From an uncultured virus (IMG/VR IMGVR_UViG_3300032038_000020) (taxonomy: Duplodnaviria; Heunggongvirae; Uroviricota; Caudoviricetes), in IMG/VR virus record IMGVR_UViG_3300032038_000020, positions 62,001 to 122,517 of that record: 60,517 nt of DNA; one strand, written 5' to 3'. The notes under the pieces were generated by a model. It was given only the letters and a program-made list of their open reading frames with translations. It was not told the DNA's origin and made no database searches. The position numbers and the translations under genes are program-made. This document shows positions 50,533 through 60,080 of this stretch, piece by piece. Position 1 is the first letter of the stretch. Each line of letters begins with the position of its first letter.

Positions 50533-50766
50533 ATGACAGAACCACTCTTCAAAATGGCTGGACCTAAGTACTGTTCAAGATGCGGAACAGACGGAATAGC
50601 AATCATAGTAGTAAATACTCGTAAAGGTAAAGAAGCTCGGTGTATGCGGTGTAAGAACTGTGGTGCTGAGTTCATGATAGATTGGAGAAATCCTAAAGTT
50701 CCTAGACCTCTGTCAATGGGGTTGTATGCTAATATATGTCTAAGAGGTTTGAATGCTTATGTATAA
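50533..50766 (+). CDS. small Zn-ribbon protein
   Basis: CSRC...CKNC; GAAAGGAG RBS. Confidence 0.7.
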   Translation: MTEPLFKMAGPKYCSRCGTDGIAIIVVNTRKGKEARCMRCKNCGAEFMIDWRNPKVPRPLSMGLYANICLRGLNAYV

Positions 50767-50791
50767 CATTACACAAGCATAACATATCATT

Positions 50792-50987
50792 GACGGACGG
50801 ATAGGATAGATAGTTTCAAGTCAGAGCCTCCTCAAGAGGTTACCACTCTGCGCTTACCGATACGTATTGCGGGTGTAAATCGTCCTGTTTGAGCAGCTTG
50901 TAACAGGTGACTATTGATACCCCCTAAGTGTTCGCTCGTGTCCTTAATAAAGCCATACTTGAAGCTATCTATCGTGTCCGCTCCGTC
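50792..50987 (+). ncRNA. candidate 6S-like rod-shaped RNA (196 nt)
   Basis: 5' GACGGA-CGGAUA-GAUAGAUAGUUUCAAGU pairs with 3' ACUUGAAGCUAUCUAUC-UGUCCG-UCCGUC; central open region; apical stem; starts at +1 of AACA-N6-TG. Confidence 0.6.
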
Positions 50988-51077
50988 GGACTGCAAACTA
51001 TTCCAAAATGATAACCCAACTTCAATTCTAGCATTGGTAAACCTTTACTCATGGTTTACAAAACATCTTAATACTCA

Positions 51078-51110
51078 GGGGTCCCGAAAGGGACTCCATC
51101 TCTTTTTTTT
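51078..51110 (+). terminator. intrinsic terminator
   Basis: GGGGTCCC-GAAA-GGGACTCC plus T run. Confidence 0.85.
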
Positions 51111-51182
51111 CTTCATTCGACTGTTCATAATCAATCCAAACACGTACGTTAACAATACTATAATCTAGCGAGAAAGGACGTT

Positions 51183-53933
51183 GTGAACGTTATGCGTATA
51201 AACTACTTAGAACTGCACAATTATGCAGGTATATACAATGGTATGGAGCTCAACGAGCTTGTTATCGACTTCTCCAAGTGCCAACACAAGATATGTCTCA
51301 TTAAGGGAGACAATGGTTCTGGTAAGAGCACAATCATGAAAGCACTTAATCCTCTTCCAGATCCAGCATCAGTATTCATTCCAGGATTAGTAGGATACAA
51401 GTGTATCATTTATCTTGACGAGTACACTGGTATCATGTATAAGATAGAGTATCTGCACGATGTAAACTCTAAGGGTGACAGAGCTACTCCTAAGGGTCAC
51501 ATCTACGAGATCACTCAATCAGCAGTGATCGATCTTAATCCAAGTGGTAATGTATCTTCTGCTAAAGAAATCATCTACGACAGGTTCAATCTTGACCCTT
51601 GTTATCTGTCTCTTACACAGCTTAGTAGCAATAAGAGGGGTATGGCAGATATGAAACCTGCCGAGAGAAAGAAGTTTGTCAACAGCATCCTAAACAATGT
51701 AGATGCATACAATGACATGTATAAGGTACTTAGCAAGAAGGCTGTCATGTACAAGGGAGTAATCAAGAACATCGAGAGTCGTCTCAGTACTATAGGAGAT
51801 GTAGGTAAGCTTGACCTTAGAATACAGAATCTCACATCTACAGTTAAACAGGCAGATGAGCTGCTCAACAATGAAAAGGATCTTAAGTCTAAGGCAGAGG
51901 CAGTTATACTTACTCTTGACCCAGATGGTACAAAGAACCAGAAGTATCTCGATGTCGTCAAGGATATGACTAAATACGAGAATGACCTCAACACATTCAC
52001 CACTATGACTGATCATAAGTATAGAGGACGAGAAGTACAGAGACTTGATCACAATAATCTTATCACTCAGATAGAACTTGCTAAACAGAAGAAGAGTTCA
52101 CTCAATACAGAGATTGGAACTCTGATGAGTAAGACTGAGATTGATACTATAGAGATCAACCAGAAGAGACAGAAGCTTAACGATGTTAACAGCGGTGAGT
52201 CTCTTGACTATCTAAGGGATCTTAAGTCTAAGCTTCAGGATAGATTCAGCGAGATTAGAGGAGAGCTCAAGAAGCTCAACATCAACACACTCGAGATTCC
52301 ATTCACTAAGGATACACTAGTACAGTGTATCACTACTTTATGTGAAGTGAGAGATAGACTCTCTTCTCCAGACTTTGCAGATATAGAGTTTCTTGTAGAG
52401 TGTGTATCCGAGTTTGGTCACGAGAGAAATGGCGAGATATCTTCACTCTCTATCATGAAAGCTGCGGCTAGTTCAATGGAAGAGCATAAAAAGACAATCG
52501 ACGATGCTAAGCAAAAGCTTGCCGAGAAGGAAGCTCTTAGAAGATCATTCGAGGGTCTGTTAGAGAATAGACCTAAAGAGTGTCATATAGACGATTGTCA
52601 CTTCATCGCTAATGCAGTGTTGAAGAAACGTGAGTATGAAGAATGCTATAATGAAGACTATGAAACTATCATCAGAGAGGCTACTGCTAACTACAATGGT
52701 GATAAACTCGTATGGGAACATATGCAGAATGTAGAGAATGGTTTCCGTGAACTTCAGATGCTTAAGGCTAAAGTGAATGGTATATCATCTACTCTCAAGC
52801 TCATCACTCCTAAAGAGTACATGCCTGCTTACGACTTCATAGTCAACTTCAACTATACTTCAGATAGTAAAGTAGTCAGGACCATAAACACTTTCAATCA
52901 GTATGTAGACTTCCTCTACAATCATCTCTATATAGCTAACTCCTTCGAGGAGTATAAGGATATACGAGAGAATCTTATCAAGGTACAGGGAGAGATTGAA
53001 AAGCTTGAGTCTAATGAACAGCTTATCAATATGCTTACCGATGATATTAACAAGCTTCAGGAAGAGCTTAACGAAACTCTTCAGAAGACTCAGAACAACA
53101 GGTTCGAGATAACACAACTCGATATAACTATATCTGACACTGAGAGAAAGCTTGAAGAACTTCAGACTTATAGAGAAGATATGTTCAAGCTCGACGAACT
53201 TAAGGAAAAAGTTAAAGAGCTCAATGCAGAGCTATACAATCTCGAGAATTCCATGTCTAAGCTGTTGGAAGCTAAGAAGACTATACATGAATGTGAAGCA
53301 AGCATCAAAGAGATCGAAGAGAAGCTCATTCCAATGAAAAAAGAATTGGCTGATCTGGAGACATCTAGAAGACTCTATGGCTCATACATAGACGATCTCA
53401 AGACCAACAAAGAGATGCTCAACAAGATAGAAGTAATCAAGTACTATACTTCTCCTACTACTGGTATACAGTTGATATTCGCTACACTCTATCTGAGTAA
53501 GATTCTTGAGAAAGCTAACTGGATGCTGTCTGGTCTTTTCGGAGGAGCATTCAATATACTTCCATTCATCATTACAGAAGATGAGTTCAGGATTCCTATA
53601 GCAGTACAGGGTGGACTCAATCACGATGATATAACTTCTATGTCATCTGCTCAAATAGCATTGATCAGTATGATTATCAGTATCAGTATGCTTAGTCAGG
53701 TGTCTACTAGTATGAATATCATAGTAGGAGACGAGATAGACGCTTCATTGGACACAGAGAATAGAAGACGTTTCTTCGACATTCTGTTGGGTCTAATGGA
53801 GATGGTCAATGCAAGTCAGAGTATACTGATCTCTCACAATAGTGAGTACACACAGAACGAATGTGATGTCATCTGGTTAAGAAACAAAGAACACATCACA
53901 GAAGCAGGTAACGTAATCTGGAGCTTTGAATAA
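51183..53933 (+). CDS. sbcC: SbcC/Rad50-like SMC ATPase
   Basis: GDNGSGKST, long coiled coil, MSSAQ signature, IIVGDEIDASLD, ISH. Confidence 0.88.
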   Translation: MNVMRINYLELHNYAGIYNGMELNELVIDFSKCQHKICLIKGDNGSGKSTIMKALNPLPDPASVFIPGLVGYKCIIYLDEYTGIMYKIEYLHDVNSKGDRATPKGHIYEITQSAVIDLNPSGNVSSAKEIIYDRFNLDPCYLSLTQLSSNKRGMADMKPAERKKFVNSILNNVDAYNDMYKVLSKKAVMYKGVIKNIESRLSTIGDVGKLDLRIQNLTSTVKQADELLNNEKDLKSKAEAVILTLDPDGTKNQKYLDVVKDMTKYENDLNTFTTMTDHKYRGREVQRLDHNNLITQIELAKQKKSSLNTEIGTLMSKTEIDTIEINQKRQKLNDVNSGESLDYLRDLKSKLQDRFSEIRGELKKLNINTLEIPFTKDTLVQCITTLCEVRDRLSSPDFADIEFLVECVSEFGHERNGEISSLSIMKAAASSMEEHKKTIDDAKQKLAEKEALRRSFEGLLENRPKECHIDDCHFIANAVLKKREYEECYNEDYETIIREATANYNGDKLVWEHMQNVENGFRELQMLKAKVNGISSTLKLITPKEYMPAYDFIVNFNYTSDSKVVRTINTFNQYVDFLYNHLYIANSFEEYKDIRENLIKVQGEIEKLESNEQLINMLTDDINKLQEELNETLQKTQNNRFEITQLDITISDTERKLEELQTYREDMFKLDELKEKVKELNAELYNLENSMSKLLEAKKTIHECEASIKEIEEKLIPMKKELADLETSRRLYGSYIDDLKTNKEMLNKIEVIKYYTSPTTGIQLIFATLYLSKILEKANWMLSGLFGGAFNILPFIITEDEFRIPIAVQGGLNHDDITSMSSAQIALISMIISISMLSQVSTSMNIIVGDEIDASLDTENRRRFFDILLGLMEMVNASQSILISHNSEYTQNECDVIWLRNKEHITEAGNVIWSFE

Positions 53934-53973
53934 AAAAAAATAAGGGGAGTGGCTGTTACGCCACCCCCTATTT
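53934..53973. terminator. bidirectional terminator
   Basis: A run, TAAGGGG-GTGGC/GCCAC-CCCC hairpin, T-rich 3' side. Confidence 0.75.
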
Positions 53974-53987
53974 GTTCTTGTTCGCTA

Positions 53988-54332
53988 TCAATATCCAGCT
54001 GGGACTATGATAGCGAGGATCCATAGCAACGATACCATTGCCAGCATCATTGCTACGGATCCAATAAATAGCAATGCTATCTCAAAGTAACTGAAATGTT
54101 TATGAAGCTGCCTTAGTTTATGTCTAACGGCAGCTAGACCCTCCATAAATATGAAGAGGCTTTCAATCGCCTCACATGTAAGGCGATATAACATAGTGAC
54201 GAATCCATACAGAACCCACCACACTAACCCAATGACGACATAGCCTATTGCGGCTACGATTCGTATTACGAATCTTGCCTCTGGGTTCTTGACATAGTTA
54301 TTAAGCGTACGTTTGTTGTTCATATTGAACAT
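53988..54332 (-). CDS. two-pass membrane protein
   Basis: Two hydrophobic helices; GAAAGGAG RBS. Confidence 0.7.
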   Translation of the reverse strand: MFNMNNKRTLNNYVKNPEARFVIRIVAAIGYVVIGLVWWVLYGFVTMLYRLTCEAIESLFIFMEGLAAVRHKLRQLHKHFSYFEIALLFIGSVAMMLAMVSLLWILAIIVPAGY

Positions 54333-54445
54333 CTCCTTTCATTGTTCTACTTCAATAGTATGTATTTCAAACTATTCGCCTTTACGAAGCGCCTTGATTG
54401 AGCCGTTGAACATTTTAGTAATCTAAATTGGAAAGGAGAGTTCAT

Positions 54446-57400
54446 ATGAGTATTCATATACATGAGCTTAAACCCTATAAGCTGTATAGCTCTAACAACA
54501 AGTTATACTTACCGCTGAATGAAGACTCTAACAAGAAGGGTAGTGCTGTTATCCTTCTCACCCCTAACCTCGAATCATCTATAGGGATAATCAACTCTAA
54601 GACGTTTATCAACAGAGCATGGTTTCAGTCCTACTATCTTGAGAAGAGTATCAATACTATCCTTACTCAAGAGAACTACATACAGAGCTTTGTAGACTCT
54701 ACCGATAGATTCCTCGACTATATCTTTGTAGAGGCTAAGCTCCCCTCTGACAAGAGAAACAAGCTTAACGATAAACAGTTCGGCATTCCTAGTAAGAGGA
54801 AGTATCCTCTGAATGATGAAGCCCATGTACGTGCTGCAGTGAGGATGTTCAACCATGTACATCCCGAAGACGAGAAGACACTTGCTCGTAACATCGTAAA
54901 GGCTATCAAGAAGTATAATATCACTGATCTCGAAGTAGGAGAAGGTAATCGCTTCCATAAGTACTACCATCCTATCAAGGAGATGACCTTTGATGACTAC
55001 GATATCTACTTCTTCAAGGATACCTCTACTATCATCAAGGAGTTCAAGGAGTGTGATACTCTCTACACTAAGGAGTATGGTAGAGGTATGACACTCAAGG
55101 GAAGCGTAAACGATATTAAGATCCTCGTGAAAGCATATCACGAGGGCGAGAATGAGCTTGTTGGCTTTATCTACGGTCGTAAGGAATCTGTATCTGGTAA
55201 GACTCTTGAGTGTAGTATCTATGTAGATCCCAATGAAGAGTATCAGGAGTATTGTACTAATGCTCTCATCTACGGTATGAGAAGTCATATCATGACAAAC
55301 ATGAGGGGAAAGTACGAGTATGCCACAATCTACTACGATGAAGATATGACTCAGGTTATGACTCGTATAGCTACAAAGTATAAGACTCTTCTCAAGGGCG
55401 AAGCACTTACTGGTATAGACAACAGAAAGGCTTCAAGAAAGAGTATCAAGCTTGTTCTTAAGGAAGAGACTGTACCTTTTGAAGAGAGCTACAAGGTAGA
55501 GAGAGTCAGCGAAGCTGCTATGACAGAGCTTGGACTTCAGTGTGGTAATCAGCTTATCATATGCGACGATGTCTTCAATGAGGATACTGTTGCTCGTAAC
55601 AGTGCTAAGCTTAAGCAGATACTCTACCCAGAGAGAATTCGTAATCAGAAGGATATCACTGCTATCTACAAGGCTGTAAAGAGTCAGTGTCCTTCTATCA
55701 AGTTTACATACTTCAACTATCCTGCTTATAAGATGAAGAATCTCTATGTAGATACATCTTACTACAACAAGGCATTCTTCGAAAACAAAAACAACACATT
55801 CGTTAATGATAAGGCTGTTGACCTTTACTATGATCTCATCGCCAGACTGCTCAACAACAAGGCTTTCGTTAACTCTGGTTACAGTAAGAAGACTCTTATC
55901 ATCCCTGTTATAGACTGGAACAAGAAGACTGGAGATGTGCTTGATTATAGGGAGAATATCAATCCTATCTCTATCATGATACGTCTTCTCAGAATCAATA
56001 AGGTAAGCAAGCTTCGTACTCTCTTCGGAGATATGGATACCATCTTCCTTGGTGCTACAGGATACTTCAAGATCAACTTCAAGGACTTCGATAAGAATGT
56101 GCTGTCTAAGTTCATGAATAACATCCGTACACTCATATCTAAGGCTCCTATAGAGGATGATGAGATGGTTCAGGATACTCCAGATGCTATAGTAACAGAT
56201 ATTGTAGACAAGCTGGAGAAGAGTCAGGGTATCCAGATGTATGCTCTTACTGGTACAAAGGGTGCTAGCAATAAGGGTTCACTCTCTGGTCTTGCTAATA
56301 AGCTGGCTAGACTCCCAGAATCTTCTAAGGACGAAAAGAAGGAGACTACTCCAAAGCCTGTAGAGAAGAAGGAAGAGCCCAAGAAGACAGAAACTACAGC
56401 TAAAACTACTACAAAGACTACAACTCCTAAGGAAGATAAGGAGAAGGTAGTTCCTAAGGAAGTAGGACCTGCTAAGTCAGACAAGCAGGCTGAATCAGAG
56501 GAAACACTTCAGAAGAAGGTTAAGGTTGCTAAGGCTATAGCCGATGCTGCTTCTACATCAACCTCTACTGATGAAGCTATAGAGAAGCTTAACAATGATG
56601 AGTATATAGCTAATCTTATCAAGGACATCGCAGACGAAGAGTCTAATGGTATAAAGGTATCTAGTGCTCGTACAGCACGTATCAATACTTTGAATGATAA
56701 TTTCAAGACTCAGTCTGTAAAGGGTAAGTCTGTTAAGGAACTCATCGAGAAGTCTCAGGACACAGAACTCGAAGAAGAGCTTCCTAAGACTTCACTCAAT
56801 ATCAACTCTATAAACAAGGATCAGTGGTCTAATCTTCAGTATATCAACTTCAATAAGGAGTATGATGTAGATGAAGATATCATGGCTATACTCTCATTCT
56901 TTGGCACTAGAACTGTACCTGTAGCTGTAAGAGATGTCAATGTTGAGGATACTTCTACATCGGAAGATCTCATAGAGACATGGACTGCTCATATGGAAGA
57001 TATTCATGGTACACGTTTCACACTCAAGTTCGATATCCCTAAGTTCATCAACAATCGTTTCATGAGACTTAGAGGTAACGATAAAGCTATCAATGCTCAG
57101 CTCATGAATCTTCCTATCATAAAGACCGAGAAGGACGTTTGTCAGATCACTACTAACTACAACAAGATCTTCTTCAGAGTATATGGCTCATCACTTGGTA
57201 AGAGTAATCTCTATGCCGATAAGATCTGTAAGACACTCAACAAGCTTGACGGAAAGCATATCAATGTAAAGCTGGGTAACAACTACATCGGCTCACTGAA
57301 GTATGATCTTCCTATAGACTATATAGATCTTGGTACTACTTACTCTATGCTTTCATATAAGCACTATACATTCTACTTCGACCAGGATGTAATCAGAGAG

Positions 57401-59746
57401 AAGTATAAAGATAAGCTTGATCTTAAGCAGGGTATTCCTATAGGATACGACTCGCTTAAGGGAGAGATCATCTATCACCCCAATACAAACGTTATCTGTA
57501 CTCAGATGATAGCAGAATACCTCTGCCAGTGTCCTGAGTTTAAGGCTATCTATGACGAGTGTAAGGCTAGTGTAAGATATTCTTACTCAGATGCTTCTAT
57601 CATGACTACTACAATCCCTGTAGTTGTAATCTGCTGCTATTGTGAGGGACTCACTAAGACCCTCTCCAAGGCTAACGTAGAATACAGAATCAGTGAGACT
57701 CGTTCCTATGATAGAAATACAGAGGATATCATCAAGTTCTCTGATGCTTATCTTATCTACAAGATTAACTACTCATCATCTATGCTCATGAATGGTCTTA
57801 AGGGAGTTCCTACAGACACATACTCTATCAAGGATATCAACACTAAGCAGATGTGGACAGAAGCTCTGGATCTGTTTGGAGGACGTATCAAGGCAGACGG
57901 TCTGGATAACTTCTATGACCTCATGTTTGATCCTATCTCTAAGAGAACTTGTGAAGCATATGATATTCCTTCAGACTTCTGTTCTGCTCTTATCTATGCT
58001 TCAAACATGCTTGTTGATTCTAAGTACAATAAGCATACTGATATCAGAGGTAACAGATTCAGAACTAATGAACTTGTTGCTGGTTACACATACAAGGCTC
58101 TCTCTAAGGCATATGCAGAGTATAGAACCAGACTCAAGAAAACTGGTAAGGGTAGTATGTCACTTAAGCAGTCTGCTATTATAGACCTCATCCTTCTTGA
58201 CAATACTACTGGTGATGCATCTACGATCAATGATCTCTGTTATGCAGAAGCTGCAAACACTGTATCGTTCAAGGGACTCTCTGGTATGAACTCAGAACGT
58301 TCTTACTCACTTGATAAGAGAACCTTTGATGAGTCTATGAATAGTATACTTGGTATGTCTACTGGATTTGCTGCTACTGTTGGTACCGTTAGACAGACTA
58401 CGGTTAATGCTAGCATTGCTGGTAAGAGAGGATATATCAAAGATACTGCTGGTAAGACGGAAATCATGAATGATGTCAATACTATGGCTATGAACGAAGC
58501 TCTTGTTCCTGGCTGTACTACACACGATGACCCATTCCGACTTGCCATGTCATTCACTCAGAGAACTAAGCACGGTATGCGTGTACAGGGCGGCGATCCT
58601 CTACTCGTAACTAACGGTGCAGACGATGCTCTCGCTAACTTCACACCAGATGTCTTCTCAGTTTGTGCTAAGCAGGACGGTAAGATAGTAGAGAGAACTG
58701 ATGAGTATATAGTAGTCAAGTATAAAGACGGCACTATAGACTATGTAGATCTTCGTAACAAAGTTTACAAGAACTCTGATGGTGGTTTCTATGCATCAGT
58801 TAAGCTCAAAGCATCAGACAAGCTTGGCGGTACTGTAAAGGCTGGTCAGGTAATTGCCTATGATCCTTTAAGTTATGATCAGCATATGGGATACGATGAT
58901 AATCCTACATACATTCAGGGTGCTCTGCTTAAGGTAGGTATCATGACTACAGATGAAGGATTCGAAGATTCTACTGCTGTATCTAGTTATGTATGTGAAG
59001 CTCTGTCTTCAGACATCATCACACAGGTTGATATCAATCTCGAGAAGGGAACCAACGTATTCAATCTCGTTAAGGTTGGTCAGCCTATCCAGGAGGGTGA
59101 TCCTCTGCTCATTATACAGAACTCTTATGAAGACGACGATGTCAATACTCTTCTTAAGAACCTTGTAGATGACGAAGAGACAGTAACCTCTCTTGGACGT
59201 ATACCTATCAAGTCTCATAACACTGGTTTTGTAGAAGACATCAAGATGTACAGAACCTGCGAAATCTCAGAACTCTCACCATCTCTCCAGAAGATAGTAA
59301 AGGAGTATGAGAAGAAGCAGAGTGAGATTCGTAAGACTATCGAGAAGTATGATAAGGTAAAGGCTCAGTCCTATACTAACGATCAGAAACTCTCTAACAC
59401 AGGTAAACTTAAGGGCCTTGAATCTGGTGTATTGATTGAGATATATGTCAGATACAAGGATGACTTCGCTACAGGTGATAAACTTATCGCTCTGGGCGCT
59501 CAAAAGGGTGTATGTAAAGAAGTCTTCCCCAAGGGTAAAGAACCTAAGTCTGAATACAGACCAGATGAACCAATAGATGTACTCTTCTCCATGAGATCAT
59601 TCGATGCGCGTATGTGTGCTACTCCTCTTCTTCACGGTATGGCTAACAAGTTCTTAGTAGAGCTTGACCGTCAAGTTAAGGATATCATGGGAATCAAGCA
59701 AGACTACACAGTACATCGTAAGGAGATAGAAGACAAACTTAAGTAA
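54446..59746 (+). CDS. giant RNA polymerase beta subunit, N-terminal/main part (putative virion RNAP) with long N-terminal extension
   Basis: FMRLRGNDK, SFKGLSG, DDPFRLAMSFTQ, GFEDS, GDKLIALGAQKGV, PIDVLFS..SFDARM; ends before the KL.H/GEME region supplied by 29588..30307. Confidence 0.85.
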   Translation: MSIHIHELKPYKLYSSNNKLYLPLNEDSNKKGSAVILLTPNLESSIGIINSKTFINRAWFQSYYLEKSINTILTQENYIQSFVDSTDRFLDYIFVEAKLPSDKRNKLNDKQFGIPSKRKYPLNDEAHVRAAVRMFNHVHPEDEKTLARNIVKAIKKYNITDLEVGEGNRFHKYYHPIKEMTFDDYDIYFFKDTSTIIKEFKECDTLYTKEYGRGMTLKGSVNDIKILVKAYHEGENELVGFIYGRKESVSGKTLECSIYVDPNEEYQEYCTNALIYGMRSHIMTNMRGKYEYATIYYDEDMTQVMTRIATKYKTLLKGEALTGIDNRKASRKSIKLVLKEETVPFEESYKVERVSEAAMTELGLQCGNQLIICDDVFNEDTVARNSAKLKQILYPERIRNQKDITAIYKAVKSQCPSIKFTYFNYPAYKMKNLYVDTSYYNKAFFENKNNTFVNDKAVDLYYDLIARLLNNKAFVNSGYSKKTLIIPVIDWNKKTGDVLDYRENINPISIMIRLLRINKVSKLRTLFGDMDTIFLGATGYFKINFKDFDKNVLSKFMNNIRTLISKAPIEDDEMVQDTPDAIVTDIVDKLEKSQGIQMYALTGTKGASNKGSLSGLANKLARLPESSKDEKKETTPKPVEKKEEPKKTETTAKTTTKTTTPKEDKEKVVPKEVGPAKSDKQAESEETLQKKVKVAKAIADAASTSTSTDEAIEKLNNDEYIANLIKDIADEESNGIKVSSARTARINTLNDNFKTQSVKGKSVKELIEKSQDTELEEELPKTSLNINSINKDQWSNLQYINFNKEYDVDEDIMAILSFFGTRTVPVAVRDVNVEDTSTSEDLIETWTAHMEDIHGTRFTLKFDIPKFINNRFMRLRGNDKAINAQLMNLPIIKTEKDVCQITTNYNKIFFRVYGSSLGKSNLYADKICKTLNKLDGKHINVKLGNNYIGSLKYDLPIDYIDLGTTYSMLSYKHYTFYFDQDVIREKYKDKLDLKQGIPIGYDSLKGEIIYHPNTNVICTQMIAEYLCQCPEFKAIYDECKASVRYSYSDASIMTTTIPVVVICCYCEGLTKTLSKANVEYRISETRSYDRNTEDIIKFSDAYLIYKINYSSSMLMNGLKGVPTDTYSIKDINTKQMWTEALDLFGGRIKADGLDNFYDLMFDPISKRTCEAYDIPSDFCSALIYASNMLVDSKYNKHTDIRGNRFRTNELVAGYTYKALSKAYAEYRTRLKKTGKGSMSLKQSAIIDLILLDNTTGDASTINDLCYAEAANTVSFKGLSGMNSERSYSLDKRTFDESMNSILGMSTGFAATVGTVRQTTVNASIAGKRGYIKDTAGKTEIMNDVNTMAMNEALVPGCTTHDDPFRLAMSFTQRTKHGMRVQGGDPLLVTNGADDALANFTPDVFSVCAKQDGKIVERTDEYIVVKYKDGTIDYVDLRNKVYKNSDGGFYASVKLKASDKLGGTVKAGQVIAYDPLSYDQHMGYDDNPTYIQGALLKVGIMTTDEGFEDSTAVSSYVCEALSSDIITQVDINLEKGTNVFNLVKVGQPIQEGDPLLIIQNSYEDDDVNTLLKNLVDDEETVTSLGRIPIKSHNTGFVEDIKMYRTCEISELSPSLQKIVKEYEKKQSEIRKTIEKYDKVKAQSYTNDQKLSNTGKLKGLESGVLIEIYVRYKDDFATGDKLIALGAQKGVCKEVFPKGKEPKSEYRPDEPIDVLFSMRSFDARMCATPLLHGMANKFLVELDRQVKDIMGIKQDYTVHRKEIEDKLK

Positions 59747-59756
59747 AACACAGCAA

Positions 59757-59786
59757 ATGTGGAGTACCATTACGGTACTCCACATC
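59757..59786. terminator. terminator hairpin between RNAP gene and tRNA
   Basis: ATGTGGAGTACC-ATTAC-GGTACTCCACAT. Confidence 0.75.
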
Positions 59787-59824
59787 TGTTTCTCAGAAGG
59801 TATATCACATATGACAGTTGCAAT

Positions 59825-59899
59825 TGGTTGGGGCAGCGGGGATCGAACCCACGGATGACAGAGTCAAAGTCTGTTGCCTTACCGCTTGGCTATGCCCCA
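59825..59899 (-). tRNA. tRNA-Gln(UUG) with encoded CCA
   Basis: Reverse complement TGGGGCATAGCCAAGCGGTAAGGC-ACAGA CTTTGAC TCTGT-...GGTTCGATCC...GCCCCAACCA. Confidence 0.95.
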
Positions 59900-59999
59900 T
59901 TATAATAATGGTTGCCTTCATCATAAAGAACTAAGTTTCCCCTAGGGTCCCACACCCTAGGGGAGTTCGGTTATCATATATGAAACAAGGAGGATCATT

Positions 60000-60080
60000 A
60001 TGATATACATCGAGTATGATGAAGTGGGATTCACTCCATACTATATAGTTAACGACAGAGTGGATTACTATACACTCTGA
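60000..60080 (+). CDS. possible 26-aa peptide MIYIEYDEVGFTPYYIVNDRVDYYTL
   Basis: AAGGAGG RBS with normal spacing; overlaps the 3' end of the convergent gene. Confidence 0.4.
   Translation: MIYIEYDEVGFTPYYIVNDRVDYYTL

Noticed and set aside
26..59503. Numerous short antisense or alternate-frame ORFs in the ORF track (e.g. 165..572, 22959..23528, 27450..28124, 36438..37046, 54575..55288)
   Set aside because: Shadows of long genes on the opposite strand; no RBS or motifs
4198..59746. Introns or inteins in helicase, gyrase, RecA or RNAP genes
   Set aside because: ORFs are continuous and no C...HN/C intein ends or LAGLIDADG motifs were seen
59825..59899. Suppressor tRNA or stop-codon recoding
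   Set aside because: Anticodon is UUG (Gln), and conserved genes are uninterrupted in the standard code with normal stops
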